This document shows, piece by piece, positions 1 to 10,985 of a stretch of DNA of 64,000 nt. The stretch is from positions 82,956,001-83,020,000 of the forward strand of contig NC_043000.1 of NCBI RefSeq assembly GCF_006345805.1, given 5' to 3'. Both the position numbers and the translations under genes were made by a program. The notes below the pieces were generated by a model. It ran no database searches, was not told the origin of the DNA, and saw only the letters and a list, made by a program, of their open reading frames with translations. The stretch is from Octopus sinensis. Lineage: Eukaryota. The number at the start of each line of letters is the position of its first letter. Positions within the stretch are counted from its first letter, which is position 1.

Positions 1-400
1 CTTTATTTCACATTACTCCAGTCAACTCAGCTGGCAATAATGAATAATCAATCCTACAACGGACTGGCGTCCCATCCAAGCTGGAATATCTACGCCACAA
101 AATCGGAAAAAAACCAACTTTATGAGATCATGGCTCATTGGTCCTGTTTTTCTTTCTTGATATAAGTGTGTTTGTATGTACCTTAGTCTTGATACCAACT
201 GATGGTTGTAAACGAGCATCACCTTTATACAAGTAGTATTGTTCAATCTTCAGTCATTCATGAAAAACATATTTGACCATGAGAAAATATTGTTTGGAAA
301 CAAATCAAGATTGATAACATTAAAGGTATCCGGTCACAGAAAATCTACTGCAAGACTGACTTTTGCAAGCATGAATATAATGATTAAACACATATATATA

Positions 401-615
401 AAGGGGTACTGCAAAGTTCCAGGCTTTAAGAGTATTATGAAAGGCTTGGTTGGAGCCCCAACCTTCTGACTTCTTTTACTAGGCTTAGAAAAACTGAAGG
501 ACTGCTATAATAAGTGTGTGAATCTGAGAGGGGAATATGCTGAATAAAATCATAATTAACTGATCTTCCTGTATTTTCTTTTATCCAAAACCAGGAAATT
601 TTTAGCAAGCCCTCG
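401..615 (+). mobile_element. mariner-derived MITE
   Basis: TA flanks on both sides. Imperfect TIRs (aaggggtactgcaaagttccagg ... ccaggaaatttttagcaagccctcg). 479..547 reads LGLEKLKDCYNKCVNLRGEYAE*, the typical mariner transposase C-terminus. Confidence 0.8.
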
Positions 616-2161
616 TATATATATTCTTTTTTTGCTACCACCCTTCCTTATAAACAAGAAGACAAAATAGAGTTTGTCCCCGGGTAATTCATTCTTTGGC
701 ATTGTATAGGCCAAGTTTAAAATCAATCTTATTTTATGTAGGCATTTCTCGTTTCATGGAAGCATTGCATTCATAAAAATCATGTGTCAACTGAATTCTG
801 TAATGTGAAACACATTTTTCTTTCATTTACATGGAGAATAGGTTTCATATTACAAAAATCCGCTCTAAGATTTTCAGGAGGGGGAAACCCTTGTGGTCTA
901 AGAAAGACTGAATGATGTGGTAAATGACAGGATCTTTACATCAGAGGCAACTCTTTTCGAGACATGGCTCACCATCAGTCAGGCCGCACTACTAAAAGAA
1001 TTCTAGGTATTTTTTTGTTAGGCATGCCATGCAAAATTCCAAGAGCCGCATGTTGCCCAAGCTGTATGGGGTTGCTCAGTCACGACAGCCAAATCTCACT
1101 CACACCTTGCTGTTTTAGGAAAGAAAACATTAGATAAATTGGACCCGGATTCTCTTCATAGATGCAGGCATGGCTGTATAGTAAGAAATTTGCTTTCCAA
1201 CCACAGGATTCTAAGTTCAATCACACTGCATGGCACCTTGGGCAAGTGTCTTCTACTATAACCTTAAGCTGACCATAGCCTTATGAGAGGATTTGGTAGG
1301 CGAAAAAGTATTTGAGTGTTTTTATTTCTACCCCCAAACACACCATCACCACCATTTGACAACACAGCTAAGTAACATTCGGTAAAAGTGACTGATAGAA
1401 TAAATACCTGGCTTAAAGAAATAAGAGACTAAAAATTCTTCAAGGCAGTGCCCTAGCAAGGATGCCGTATAATGGTTAATATCAGTAAAAGATATATAAA
1501 AGAATAATCACAACTGCAATGCCTTTGAATATAGGTCTGCTCAATTAAGACTGACCCAGGGCTAAACAATTACAACTCTTATGGACAATAACAACACTGA
1601 GAAAAATGTAAACACTTCATTTTTAAGTGAAAATCATGAAACTTCAAAGTTTCATTAACATCATTTACCGATATGAGTATATCTCTTTTTCTTTTTTTTT
1701 TATTATTAATTAAAAATCAATTGAACCATGGTGGAATCATTGTAATCAGTGAACTGTCGGGTTAATTTTACTTTTTTTATAAATCATTAAGTATCAAAAT
1801 CTTTCGTAACACATCTATAACCCAACTGCTGATACTCTACATCACTGAGGTACATAGTGACATCTAACAACATAGGTGGGGGGCACTATTACTGCATTTT
1901 TGACTTCAGGAAAAAAAATTTTTTTTACAAATGTACACTACCTTAGAAAAACTATATCAGCTAAGCAAATGAGTCTCTCTAAATGCACCCAAAAACATAT
2001 TCAGAACACTATTTCTGACAATTATCACCGTTCTCTGGGCATATTATAAGATAAATGTAGCTGGGGCAAAATGAGTAAGCTAAGATAAGGTAAATTTGCT
2101 TCTTTGATTCTCCAGAATTACATTTGAAAACAGACTCACACACATCAATGTCCATCCTTAC

Positions 2162-2350
2162 CCATCAGAAAGATCAGAAATGCAACAAAAAAATTTTAAA
2201 TATCTAAGTCAAATGAAAGTGGATCAAGAGAAAATGGTGCATGGTATGAAATTAACAAAACTTGACTAAATAAAAAAACTCAAAATATTCTCTACAACTT
2301 CTTTATGCTCTGCTGGAGTGGCTTTCTTCCCGATATATTTATGCACTATG
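2162..2350 (-). other. candidate exon of an unidentified downstream gene (largely 5'UTR, ends in ATG-G at the donor)
   Basis: Acceptor ctcttttaacag| before 2350 and donor ATGG|gtaagg after 2162. No recognisable repeat. No frame is open across the whole exon. Confidence 0.4.
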
Positions 2351-2775
2351 CTGTTAAAAGAGGAAATTACTGAAATTAGTCATTACTCATTTTACCTCAT
2401 TTTAGACATTTTTTGAAAACTGAAAATGATCAAATTAGACATTAGTGTGAGGAAAAAATTGGCTTAATAGAGAAATGAATATTGATTGTTAAACACAAAA
2501 AATTGTCCTGATATTTTATTAGCAACCTCAATTACAATTGGGTCAAAATTTCTTGAAACAAAAAGTACCTGTCACATATGTTCCAAACTCTCAACTTCAA
2601 TAACTATGCAGACCAATTTTTACTCCTAAAAACAAGTAGTGAGAAATCAGAAACTACAGTTTGCCCCACCCACCATCACTATTACAAAATAATAGAGTAA
2701 TAGCGTGTGTGTATATTTATGTATTTTTCATGGTTACAATAACTCTTCTGGAATACAATTTACTCCTCAACATAC

Positions 2776-3080
2776 AACCACATGGTTCCGGATTCAGTCC
2801 CACTGCATGGCATCTTGAGCAAATGTCTACTACTATAACTTTTGAGTGGATTTGGTAGACGGAAACTGAAAGAAGCCCGTCATATATATGTATATGTTTG
2901 TCCCCGCCAACATTGCTTGACAACCGATGCTGGTGTGTTTACGTCCCCATAGCTTAGCCGTTCGGCATAAGAGACCGATAGAATAAGTACTAGGCTTACA
3001 TATTCCTGGTGTCGATTTGCTCAACTAAAGGCGGTGCTCCAGCACAGCCGCAGTCAAATGACAGAGACAAATAAAAGAAT
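2776..3080 (+). mobile_element. octopus tRNA-derived CORE-type SINE, internally deleted
   Basis: Same head and tail motifs (ggttccggattcagtcccactgc; gtgctccagcacagccgcagtcaaatgac) as many other copies in the window, e.g. 24010..24450. Confidence 0.75.
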
Positions 3081-3136
3081 ATATTTCAATTTAAAAAATA
3101 TTAAAACATCTGTTTTATTTCCATTTGTGTTTACCT

Positions 3137-3233
3137 TTTTGGTTAATGTTGACATTATTACCCAGAGAAAAAATAGTGCAACAGGTGTAAAAAGTGCAGA
3201 AAACGAATCTGAAAACAAAAATGTTTGTGTGAT

Positions 3234-3280
<47 letters not shown>

Positions 3281-3670
3281 GAAGTAAGAACCCAAACCCT
3301 TAGCATCCAAGTTCCTGAGGAAAAGCCTAATTTGTGATTTCAAAAGGATTATATTTTCCTCAAAGTTACGAGGGAAAAACTCGGATCTTGTGAATTTTCC
3401 AAAGACCTCTCCCCACTCTATTGGAAAAGATTTCCCCCACAAATTTCTTCATAATTGTAATCTATACTGTTTGAAAGGTATTTATATAAAATTTGATTTT
3501 AAAAAAACCCATTTCCTAAAAGTTATGAGGGAAAAACATTGGATCTTGTGAATTTTCTGAAGGCCTCTCCCCACCTCATCCCCATTGCTCTCTGCATATT
3601 TTTGTTCTCTGATTCACTTTTTTTCCCCAGTTTCGTTTCTGGGTAATAATGTCAACATTAACCACCTTTT
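3137..3670. repeat. inverted-repeat-bounded element with an internal ~60-bp direct repeat
   Basis: ggttaatgttgacattattacccaga (~3141) and its reverse complement tctgggtaataatgtcaacattaacc (~3638). Direct repeat at about 3356-3416 and 3513-3575. Confidence 0.6.
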
Positions 3671-3871
3671 TCCCTTTGTTCAAAATAAGAGGTAAAAGAG
3701 ACGTAAGTAGAAACACAGCACCAGTGTTAAAAATATATGGCAATATAATTACTATTATAGCTGCCAAGGCAGCGATTTTCCTGTTAATATAAAATTGAGA
3801 AACTCTCGCTATGTAAGAGGTAGAGTTTGGTTATTTTTGTATTTTAGCAGCAGAAATTGAATTCTGCTTTC

Positions 3872-4699
3872 TTTTTTTACAGGAACACACTATATCGAGG
3901 GCGTTTCAAAATTTAAATCCCCCCACCTCACCAAAATTTCGACCTTTCCCTTTTAAACTTTTTTGGCGAAATACAGAGATTATGATTCGGGGGAAAAAAA
4001 TCTGTAAAATTTCAATTTTTCAAAAACAAAAAAAAAAAAAAAGATAAATTAAACACCCCCCCCGTCCCATGACAAGAAGTGAAATTAAAGTGTTTTCTCT
4101 ACTAATGTTTCATGACGAACATGTGGTTGAGGGTCTCTTGGAATTAAGTGAGGTATGTAAAAAAAAAAAGATTTTTTGCACACATACACACAACAAAATG
4201 ACATTAAAAATTTCTTTTCCTCTTTTACTATTTCGTATTTAGAAAGTTGATCCTCAGTTTGGCTGTCGTTTCTAGCTTGTCAGATTTCCGGTTGGGGCGG
4301 GTTTAAATTTTGAAATTTTTCCTTCTTTGGTAACTCATAATTAAATTTTGAAAATGCTTTTCTAGCATGTCAGGTTTTCTGTTTAGATACTTTTTGCACC
4401 TGCAATTTTATAATTCTATGCACGCATGAAACATTAGTAGAGAAAACTTTAATTTCACTTTTTGTCATGGGGCAGAGGGGAAGGGATATTTATTATTTTT
4501 TTTGAAAATTGAAATTTTACAAATTTTTTCCAGATTCATAATCTCCTTATTTTTCTACGTATTTTGCCCCCCAATTTTTTTTTAAAAAAAGTGAAAATTT
4601 AATAAATTTGGGGAGAGGGGACTTAAATTTTGAAATGCAGATTTTTTTGCAGATTCGGAATCTCCACCCTCCATATAGTGTGTTCATGTAAAAATAAAA
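3872..4699. mobile_element. foldback/MITE-like element with ~240-bp imperfect terminal inverted repeats
   Basis: 3872-4114 is an imperfect reverse complement of 4425-4699 (e.g. ttttctctactaatgtttcatg / catgaaacattagtagagaaaa). Confidence 0.65.
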
Positions 4700-5344
4700 C
4701 CCCCCAAAACATCGCAAAGGGGGTGCGGTCCATGATCTTTACCCCTGTTTAATAACAAGAAAAATCAGCAAAGTGAAAAGTTGTCAAAAGATGATTTATA
4801 CATTAGTTGGGATTGATGAAAAGTTAATAAAATTTAAAACATTATTCAACATTGATATATGCTTGATGTTCATTTTTTTTTTTTTTATTATCCTGGTTTG
4901 GATAAGACAGTGCCTTAATTTAATAACTGAGCTAACGTTTTCTACTCATTGGTATTTTTAATTAGTTTCTTTCTTCGCTATATTACATATAACAGTACTA
5001 ACTTGGCTATTTTCGTAGCTAATGAAAATCGTGATTAAATTTAGCTACTGAAATGGTGAACAATTATTTTAATGAATTAAGGAAGAGAAGGAGGAAGGTT
5101 TAAAGTAATTTTAGAGTAACTAGGAAGAAGCTTATATGGTGGTATCACTGTAAGATTAAAAATAAATAACAGAACCTAGATGACATCATCGGACAGGTAA
5201 ATACCCGTAAAATTTCTTGCTTATAGATGTAGGATCAATTTGTACAGAACATAAGTGGCTTGGAGATAACGGATACCCGGAGGATCGGGGTGAGTGAAAA
5301 TTTGTTTTGAACATATCGCAAGTGACAAAGGTGTTGACACTGAT

Positions 5345-6421
5345 TTAAAGCACATCAGTTCTTACACGAATTCGTTGGACAGTTGGGTCAGTGCCATAAT
5401 AATGGTACGCAGAGTCTTTCTCTTGCACAATTCCAGCAGATTGAATGGTGTAATAAAACGATGTGAAAGGTGCAATGGGAGATTTAGCTACCATTACCTG
5501 CCGAAGAACAGAATCTACGTATTCAATTATTAGACGTGTGTTCACGCTGTGACTCCAAGTATTTCCTAATGCTACTGTCGCATACGCATTCCCCGCGTTA
5601 CAAGTTTGAAAATCTTTAGAAGTGGTTGCCAACCTAGTTGTAATTTGATTGGTGACAACTACCGGTATCTGAAAAGATTCTGAAATATTCTTAAGTATGG
5701 CGGCAGTTTTAGTAAGGAAATTTGTTCGTTCTGCCATATTATATTCTAAATGTCCTCCGAATTCTTTCCTAACTAAAGAAGCGATCGAATCAACTATAAG
5801 CAATTTCACCTTCTGAGATATTATGTCCATTTCCAGTTCCTGAAATCTGTTTACTAAACTGTCACAAGTCGAATGGAAATCGACCAAGACGTTCTCTGTA
5901 AGATTCTTCAAACGGTCTTCATCGTTGAAGTAATCCGGATATTTGTTTCGGGCCATTTCCACCAATCTACTGGCACTGAAAGTTGATTCTGTATCTATGT
6001 AGATCACACGACCAGCCATACCACACATCTCTGTCGGCAATGTGGACAACAACGATAACATCATACAAAACTGCGTCTTCCCACACCCGGCTGGTCCCGC
6101 CAGTTCTGTGATACTTCCAATAGGAATTCCTCCGTGGAGCACTTTGTCTAAATCCGGCAGTGATGTGGCGAAAAATGGACATGTGTTCGTCTTTAGCTTT
6201 CTTTTTTGTAATAGTTGTGCTGCAGTGCAAGCTTTCGGAGCACAAAGTAAACTAACATTTCGTATAAGTTCCTCAACTGATGACTGGCTTTTACCTATTA
6301 TTTTGAACAATTCTAAAGTTGATCGACTCAAAACATCTTTACAAGTCCTGAGGTTTTGCTGCTGGAGTCGCTTTACGTCATCAGAGTTGTGTGAAGTCCT
6401 CTTAATTTTCCTCAGTGCCAT
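5345..6421 (-). CDS. RAD51B: DNA repair protein RAD51 homolog 2 (RAD51B), 358 aa, coding sequence uninterrupted by introns
   Basis: Walker A GPAGCGKT and Walker B LLIVDS. YIDTE motif. RAD51B-type N-terminus (CAPK) and C-terminal ALGNTWSHSVNTRLI...AKSPIAPFTSFYYTI, co-linear with human RAD51B over its full length. No stops or frameshifts. Confidence 0.96.
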   Translation of the reverse strand: MALRKIKRTSHNSDDVKRLQQQNLRTCKDVLSRSTLELFKIIGKSQSSVEELIRNVSLLCAPKACTAAQLLQKRKLKTNTCPFFATSLPDLDKVLHGGIPIGSITELAGPAGCGKTQFCMMLSLLSTLPTEMCGMAGRVIYIDTESTFSASRLVEMARNKYPDYFNDEDRLKNLTENVLVDFHSTCDSLVNRFQELEMDIISQKVKLLIVDSIASLVRKEFGGHLEYNMAERTNFLTKTAAILKNISESFQIPVVVTNQITTRLATTSKDFQTCNAGNAYATVALGNTWSHSVNTRLIIEYVDSVLRQVMVAKSPIAPFTSFYYTIQSAGIVQEKDSAYHYYGTDPTVQRIRVRTDVL

Positions 6422-6434
6422 AACCTAGGACCTT

Positions 6435-6511
6435 CTACGAGTAGAATAGAGCAAAATACAAATAATTCCATAAACAGGATGATTAAAAGGCTAGAAAGTG
6501 GGAATGCTTAC
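6435..6511 (-). other. RAD51B: candidate 77-nt intron in the RAD51B 5'UTR
   Basis: Donor ccggt|gtaagc at 6511. Pyrimidine tract and acceptor tctattctactcgtag| at 6435, 13 nt before the ATG. Confidence 0.6.
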
Positions 6512-7403
6512 ACCGGTACTGGCATTAATCGGTGTAAAACGAAAGCTGTCCGTTTCGTAAAATAAATCATAGGATAATATGATAATTTGTTAATTAGTTA
6601 AATTAACGAAATAAATAAATAAACTAGCTGATGAAATGTATATTGAAAAAAATTATAGTGTCTAAACGTTTAAAAAAAGCTCATTTGGGTTAGTATTTGG
6701 AATGGATTTATTCAGAGATATGTCACCTGTATGTTACATTCCTCGTACGGACTTTCGAAATAGCTGTAACACATAAATCGTAATTACTCCGTTCCATTGC
6801 TTTTTTTTTCTTTCGGGATTTTTCTACGTTCCTACATTCCAAAATACTTGTGGGGAAGTGGGGCTGACATTTTTAAAAAAGAAAAATATTTAATCCGCTC
6901 ATTCTCCCTTCAGAACAACAGCCACCACCACAAATTTTTGTTTTCTTTTTCGCTATTTTTCGACATGTTACAATATTCTCCACTTTGAAATACTTATAAT
7001 CTGCATTTAGAGAGAAAAGTTTTCGTACTCCACTTCTTCATCGTAGTTTTCACGATTAAAATCCCGAAAGTAAAATAAAATAAAATAAAACTGAAAGTAG
7101 AAGTGTTGTCATTCTTACAGATGTATACCCTACCGAATTTGTTTTCTCATAGCTTCCGGGGAAAAAATGAACATTTTTTAATAAAATTTTCTACAAATAT
7201 GCTTCAGATGATATAGATTCTCAGTATATCGAAATTTGGATCAATTCAATTTCAAATTTATTGTGAAAAAATGTTTCCAAGGGTGAGGTGTGGAGTTTCA
7301 GAAAATTCGCATGAGACGGCTTTCTTTCAGAAAAATGGGTGATTTTTTAAAGAAATTTTCTAAAAATACTTTTCAGAGTGTGTAAATTTCGATTAGGTAA
7401 TAG

Positions 7404-7908
7404 TTTGGTTATCTCACCCCAATTTAAAAATTGGGTTATCTCCCCTACGCCGTTTTACGAGATATATCGGTACTTTTGGTTATCTCCAACTAAAAAAAAT
7501 GTTTAACCTTCAATAAAACAAAAAAATAAAAATTAATAAACATAAAAAGTGAAAAGATGAAACGTTTTGTATCTGATAATATTACAATTTTGTTTACAAT
7601 AATGTTTTCTTTTGACACATTCTACCAGTATACGAAGTTTCAAATTTTTTAGTTAACTAGAAAATTCCGTCCATCAAACAGAAAAGATCCAAAAGTAAAC
7701 ATCTTACTGAATCTGATAAAATTTTTATAAGAAATCATACCATACCTGTTGAGGAAGCCAAACGTCAACAATTTGTTGAAGTATTGAATCAAAAGGATCT
7801 AACTCTTTTAATTCAATCTCTTGTCACATAAACTCAATTTTTTAGTGGGGAGATAATCCAATTTTTTAATGTCAATTTTGAATGGGGGTGAGATAACCGA
7901 AAAGTACG
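7404..7908. mobile_element. MITE with terminal inverted repeats
   Basis: tttggttatctcacccc...aaaaattgggttatctcccc at the left end; ggggagataatccaatttttt...ggggtgagataaccgaaa at the right end. Confidence 0.6.
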
Positions 7909-8850
7909 GAATTTCATGTGACAAGTAAAATAGTGAGCATACACACATACATACTGAACAAAACCTTGAGGATGTCGCTCTCTTCACTTCCGGTCCCTAT
8001 CTCAATTTACTTTCATTTTCTTAGGACAATTTACTCTTTTTCATGACTGTTAACTGTACATTAATCGGCATAAACACCTTCTCGACTCTCACTCTTTGAC
8101 TTAGCAGCACATCCATGAATGTGACAGCTGAAGGGAGAGAGAATTACACCAGGTTTTTGGCTGATAGTCGTTTACATCAGACTAGACTGGAGCAATGTAA
8201 AATGAAGTACCTTGCTCATGAGCACCAGCACCACATGGTTCATTCTCTGTTTAGGGCTTATCAAACCTGCTTATAATATTTACAAAATGAATAAAGCTAT
8301 AGAAAACTTTTCCTTTTCAAAACTTATAACAGAAAAAACAAAATGTTTAATCACATACATGGGGACGCTTTTTTTTTTTATCTATTCAAAAGTAATATTA
8401 TATTCATAATAAAACAGCACGTCGATTTTAAAATAAGAATCTATTTAAAGGCTATTCTTAATAATTACAATAAAAATATCTATATTGAATCTTTTTTTTT
8501 TTTTTCGTTTGTAACGTTTACGGTATAGAATTATTAATTGTTGTATTTAAAGCTCCCTTTAATGTCCACAGAAACAACAGTAAAGAGCCAATTAAAAGTT
8601 TCGACCAATAGTACTGTAAAAACAGGTTTTACTTTCCTCCGGTATACTCAAACCAATAGAAATACCATAGAAATGGCCTCTTAAAAATGAACGACACATT
8701 CGATAATGTAATCACACGCAGAATAAAAGGAAAGCGAGAAATATTTACTCAAAGGTGGATCAGGTCTGAATAGAATTACAATTCTAGAATAGGGAACTGG
8801 ACGATAATAGGAGAAACTAGCAGCTGCCATTGAAATATAAAAGCCAACTG

Positions 8851-9285
8851 AGGCCGTGAGCTGGTAAAATCGTTAGCACCCCGGGCAAAACGCTTAGCGG
8901 CATTTCGTTCGTCTTTCCGTTTTGAGTTCAAATTCCACCGAGGTCGACTTTGCCTTTCATCCTTTCGGGATCGATAAAATAAATACTGGAGGCCAGTGGC
9001 GGACTGGGTCTAAAAATATTTTTTCAACTGTCTACAAACACAGCCAGGCTGAAATAGTTAATGCATTCTTCCAAGAGTGAATAAAAAATTCTCAAACTTG
9101 AGGGGATAGGCCCCTTAGATACTAACATTTGGCCCACATATATGGATTCTAATGGCGCTGAGGCTCACTTGCCATCGGGCAAGCTGGCAACCTGGCCAGT
9201 CCGCCACTGCTGGAAGCGATGTAATAGACTTACTCTCTACCTACTACCTGAAATTGCTGGCGTTGTGCGAAAATTTGAAACCAAT
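8851..9285 (+). mobile_element. tRNA-derived SINE interrupted by a hAT MITE
   Basis: Box B-like gagttcaaattcc. Family core gtcgactttgcctttcatcctttcggg also seen at 37349..37598. Confidence 0.75.
8994..9209. mobile_element. hAT-superfamily MITE (216 bp)
   Basis: Perfect 14-bp TIR cagtggcggactgg/ccagtccgccactg. 8-bp TSD ctggaggc (8986-8993) and ctggaagc (9210-9217). Confidence 0.88.
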
Positions 9286-10589
9286 ATTGAATAGTGTAAG
9301 GAAAATAACTTCAATTTTACCATAAATACGTACGAGTTATTTCCCTTTACTCTACTAAAAATCTTTCTTACAGTTCATTGTAGTGTAGTTACTCTTTTAT
9401 TCTTTTAATTATTACAGTCATTTCGACTGCGGCCATGCTGGAACATGCCTTGAAGGGTTTTAGTCGAACAAATCAACCCCAGAACTTATTTTTTTAAAGC
9501 CTAGTACTTATTCTGTCGGTCACTTTTGCCGAACCGCTAAGTTACGAAGACATAAACATGACAACACCAGTTGTCAAGTGTTGATAGAGGGACAAACACA
9601 GACTTGAAGACACACACACACACACGTGGCTGTGTGGTAAGAAGCTTGCTTCCCAGCCACATGGTTCTGGATTCAGTCCCACTGCATGGCACCTTGGGCA
9701 AGTGTCTTCTACTGTAGCCTCAGCCCAACCAAAGCCGTGTGAGTAGATTTGGTAGATGGAAACTGAAAGAAGGTTGTCATATATATGCATATATATACAT
9801 CTATGAGTTTATGTCCCTTCTAATCTAGCAGTTCAGCAAAAGTGACCAATAGAATAAGTACCTGGTTTATAAAAAGTAAATACTAGGGTCAATACATTTG
9901 GCTAAAAATTCTTCAAGACTGTATCCTAACATGGCTGCAGTCTAATAACTGAAACAAGTAAAAGATAAAAAATAAAGATATAGTGGGCTTCTTTCAGTTT
10001 CTGTTTATGAAATCCACTCACAAAGCTTTGGTCGACCTGAGGCTACAGTAGAAGACACTTGGCCAAAGTTCCACACAGTGGGGCTGAATCAAGAGCCATG
10101 TGGTTGAGAAGGAAGCTTCTTATCACCCAGCCACGCCAACAATTTTTGTTTTTATAAATCCACTAAACACAAACAAATTCAAATTTTTAGTAAAAATACT
10201 TTACGTTTGGTTCATATTTCACATTCTTATGAAAAATAAGCTCTATCTTAATATGCAGATTGTTAAATAAATCTGGATGAGTCTCACAATAACTCTTAAA
10301 GTTGCTACTGATCAACGTAAAAACTGGATTACTTGTTTTTTTGACTCTACAATAACCTGAAATCCATTTGAACTTTCTTCCAAAGTAGGCAAGAGATCAT
10401 TGACATAATTAGACTAAAAATGACAATTAATTTTCATCGAGTGGTTATTTGGTTAAGAAGCTTGCTTCCTTACCATGAGGTCTTGGGTTCAGTCCCAGAG
10501 CATGATACTTTGGGCATGTATCTTCTATTAAAGTCCCAAGGCAACAACAAAAGAATTGTTTGATTAGTATGTGACTATATAATACATCA

Positions 10590-10905
10590 TTTTACTTCCA
10601 TCTTAGTGAAGGTGACAGTATTGCTTTCAGTCATGTTTGCTTCTTTGTTAGTTTGTCTGTCTGTCCATGGACAAGATATCTCAAGAACCGCTGGATACTT
10701 TAGGATCGACCTCATACCAGACAAGGATTCTGGATTATTTTTCCAGTTTTTTTTACTTAATTTTTTAGAGTGGTCAGGTTAATTTTTAGTATTCTAGTTT
10801 GTGAGAGCAGTCGAGTTCATTTTAGACATTCTCATTTTAAAAATCATCTCCAACTAATTGTTGGTGTTACCTTGGTGGAGGTTTGTGCTCTCTGAGTGCG
10901 CTTGT
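10590..10905 (+). mobile_element. Helentron/DINE-like non-autonomous element
   Basis: gtct microsatellite after a 5' subterminal repeat; 3' end ccttggtggaggtttgtgctctctgagtgc with a small hairpin. Second copy at 58781..59148. Confidence 0.55.
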
Positions 10906-10985
10906 TTTATATTTGTTTTCATTTACAATTTATGCTACAGAGATCTAACCTCCACTTCATCTGCAATATTGCTTTTGAAATTTTA

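Noticed and set aside
960-1065. Possible minus-strand micro-exon near 973-991
   Set aside because: It lies beside a hAT-like terminal motif (gagccgcatgttgccc) and has no supporting frame or homology.
6042-6428. 128-aa plus-strand ORF
   Set aside because: It is the antisense shadow of the RAD51B CDS with no independent motifs.
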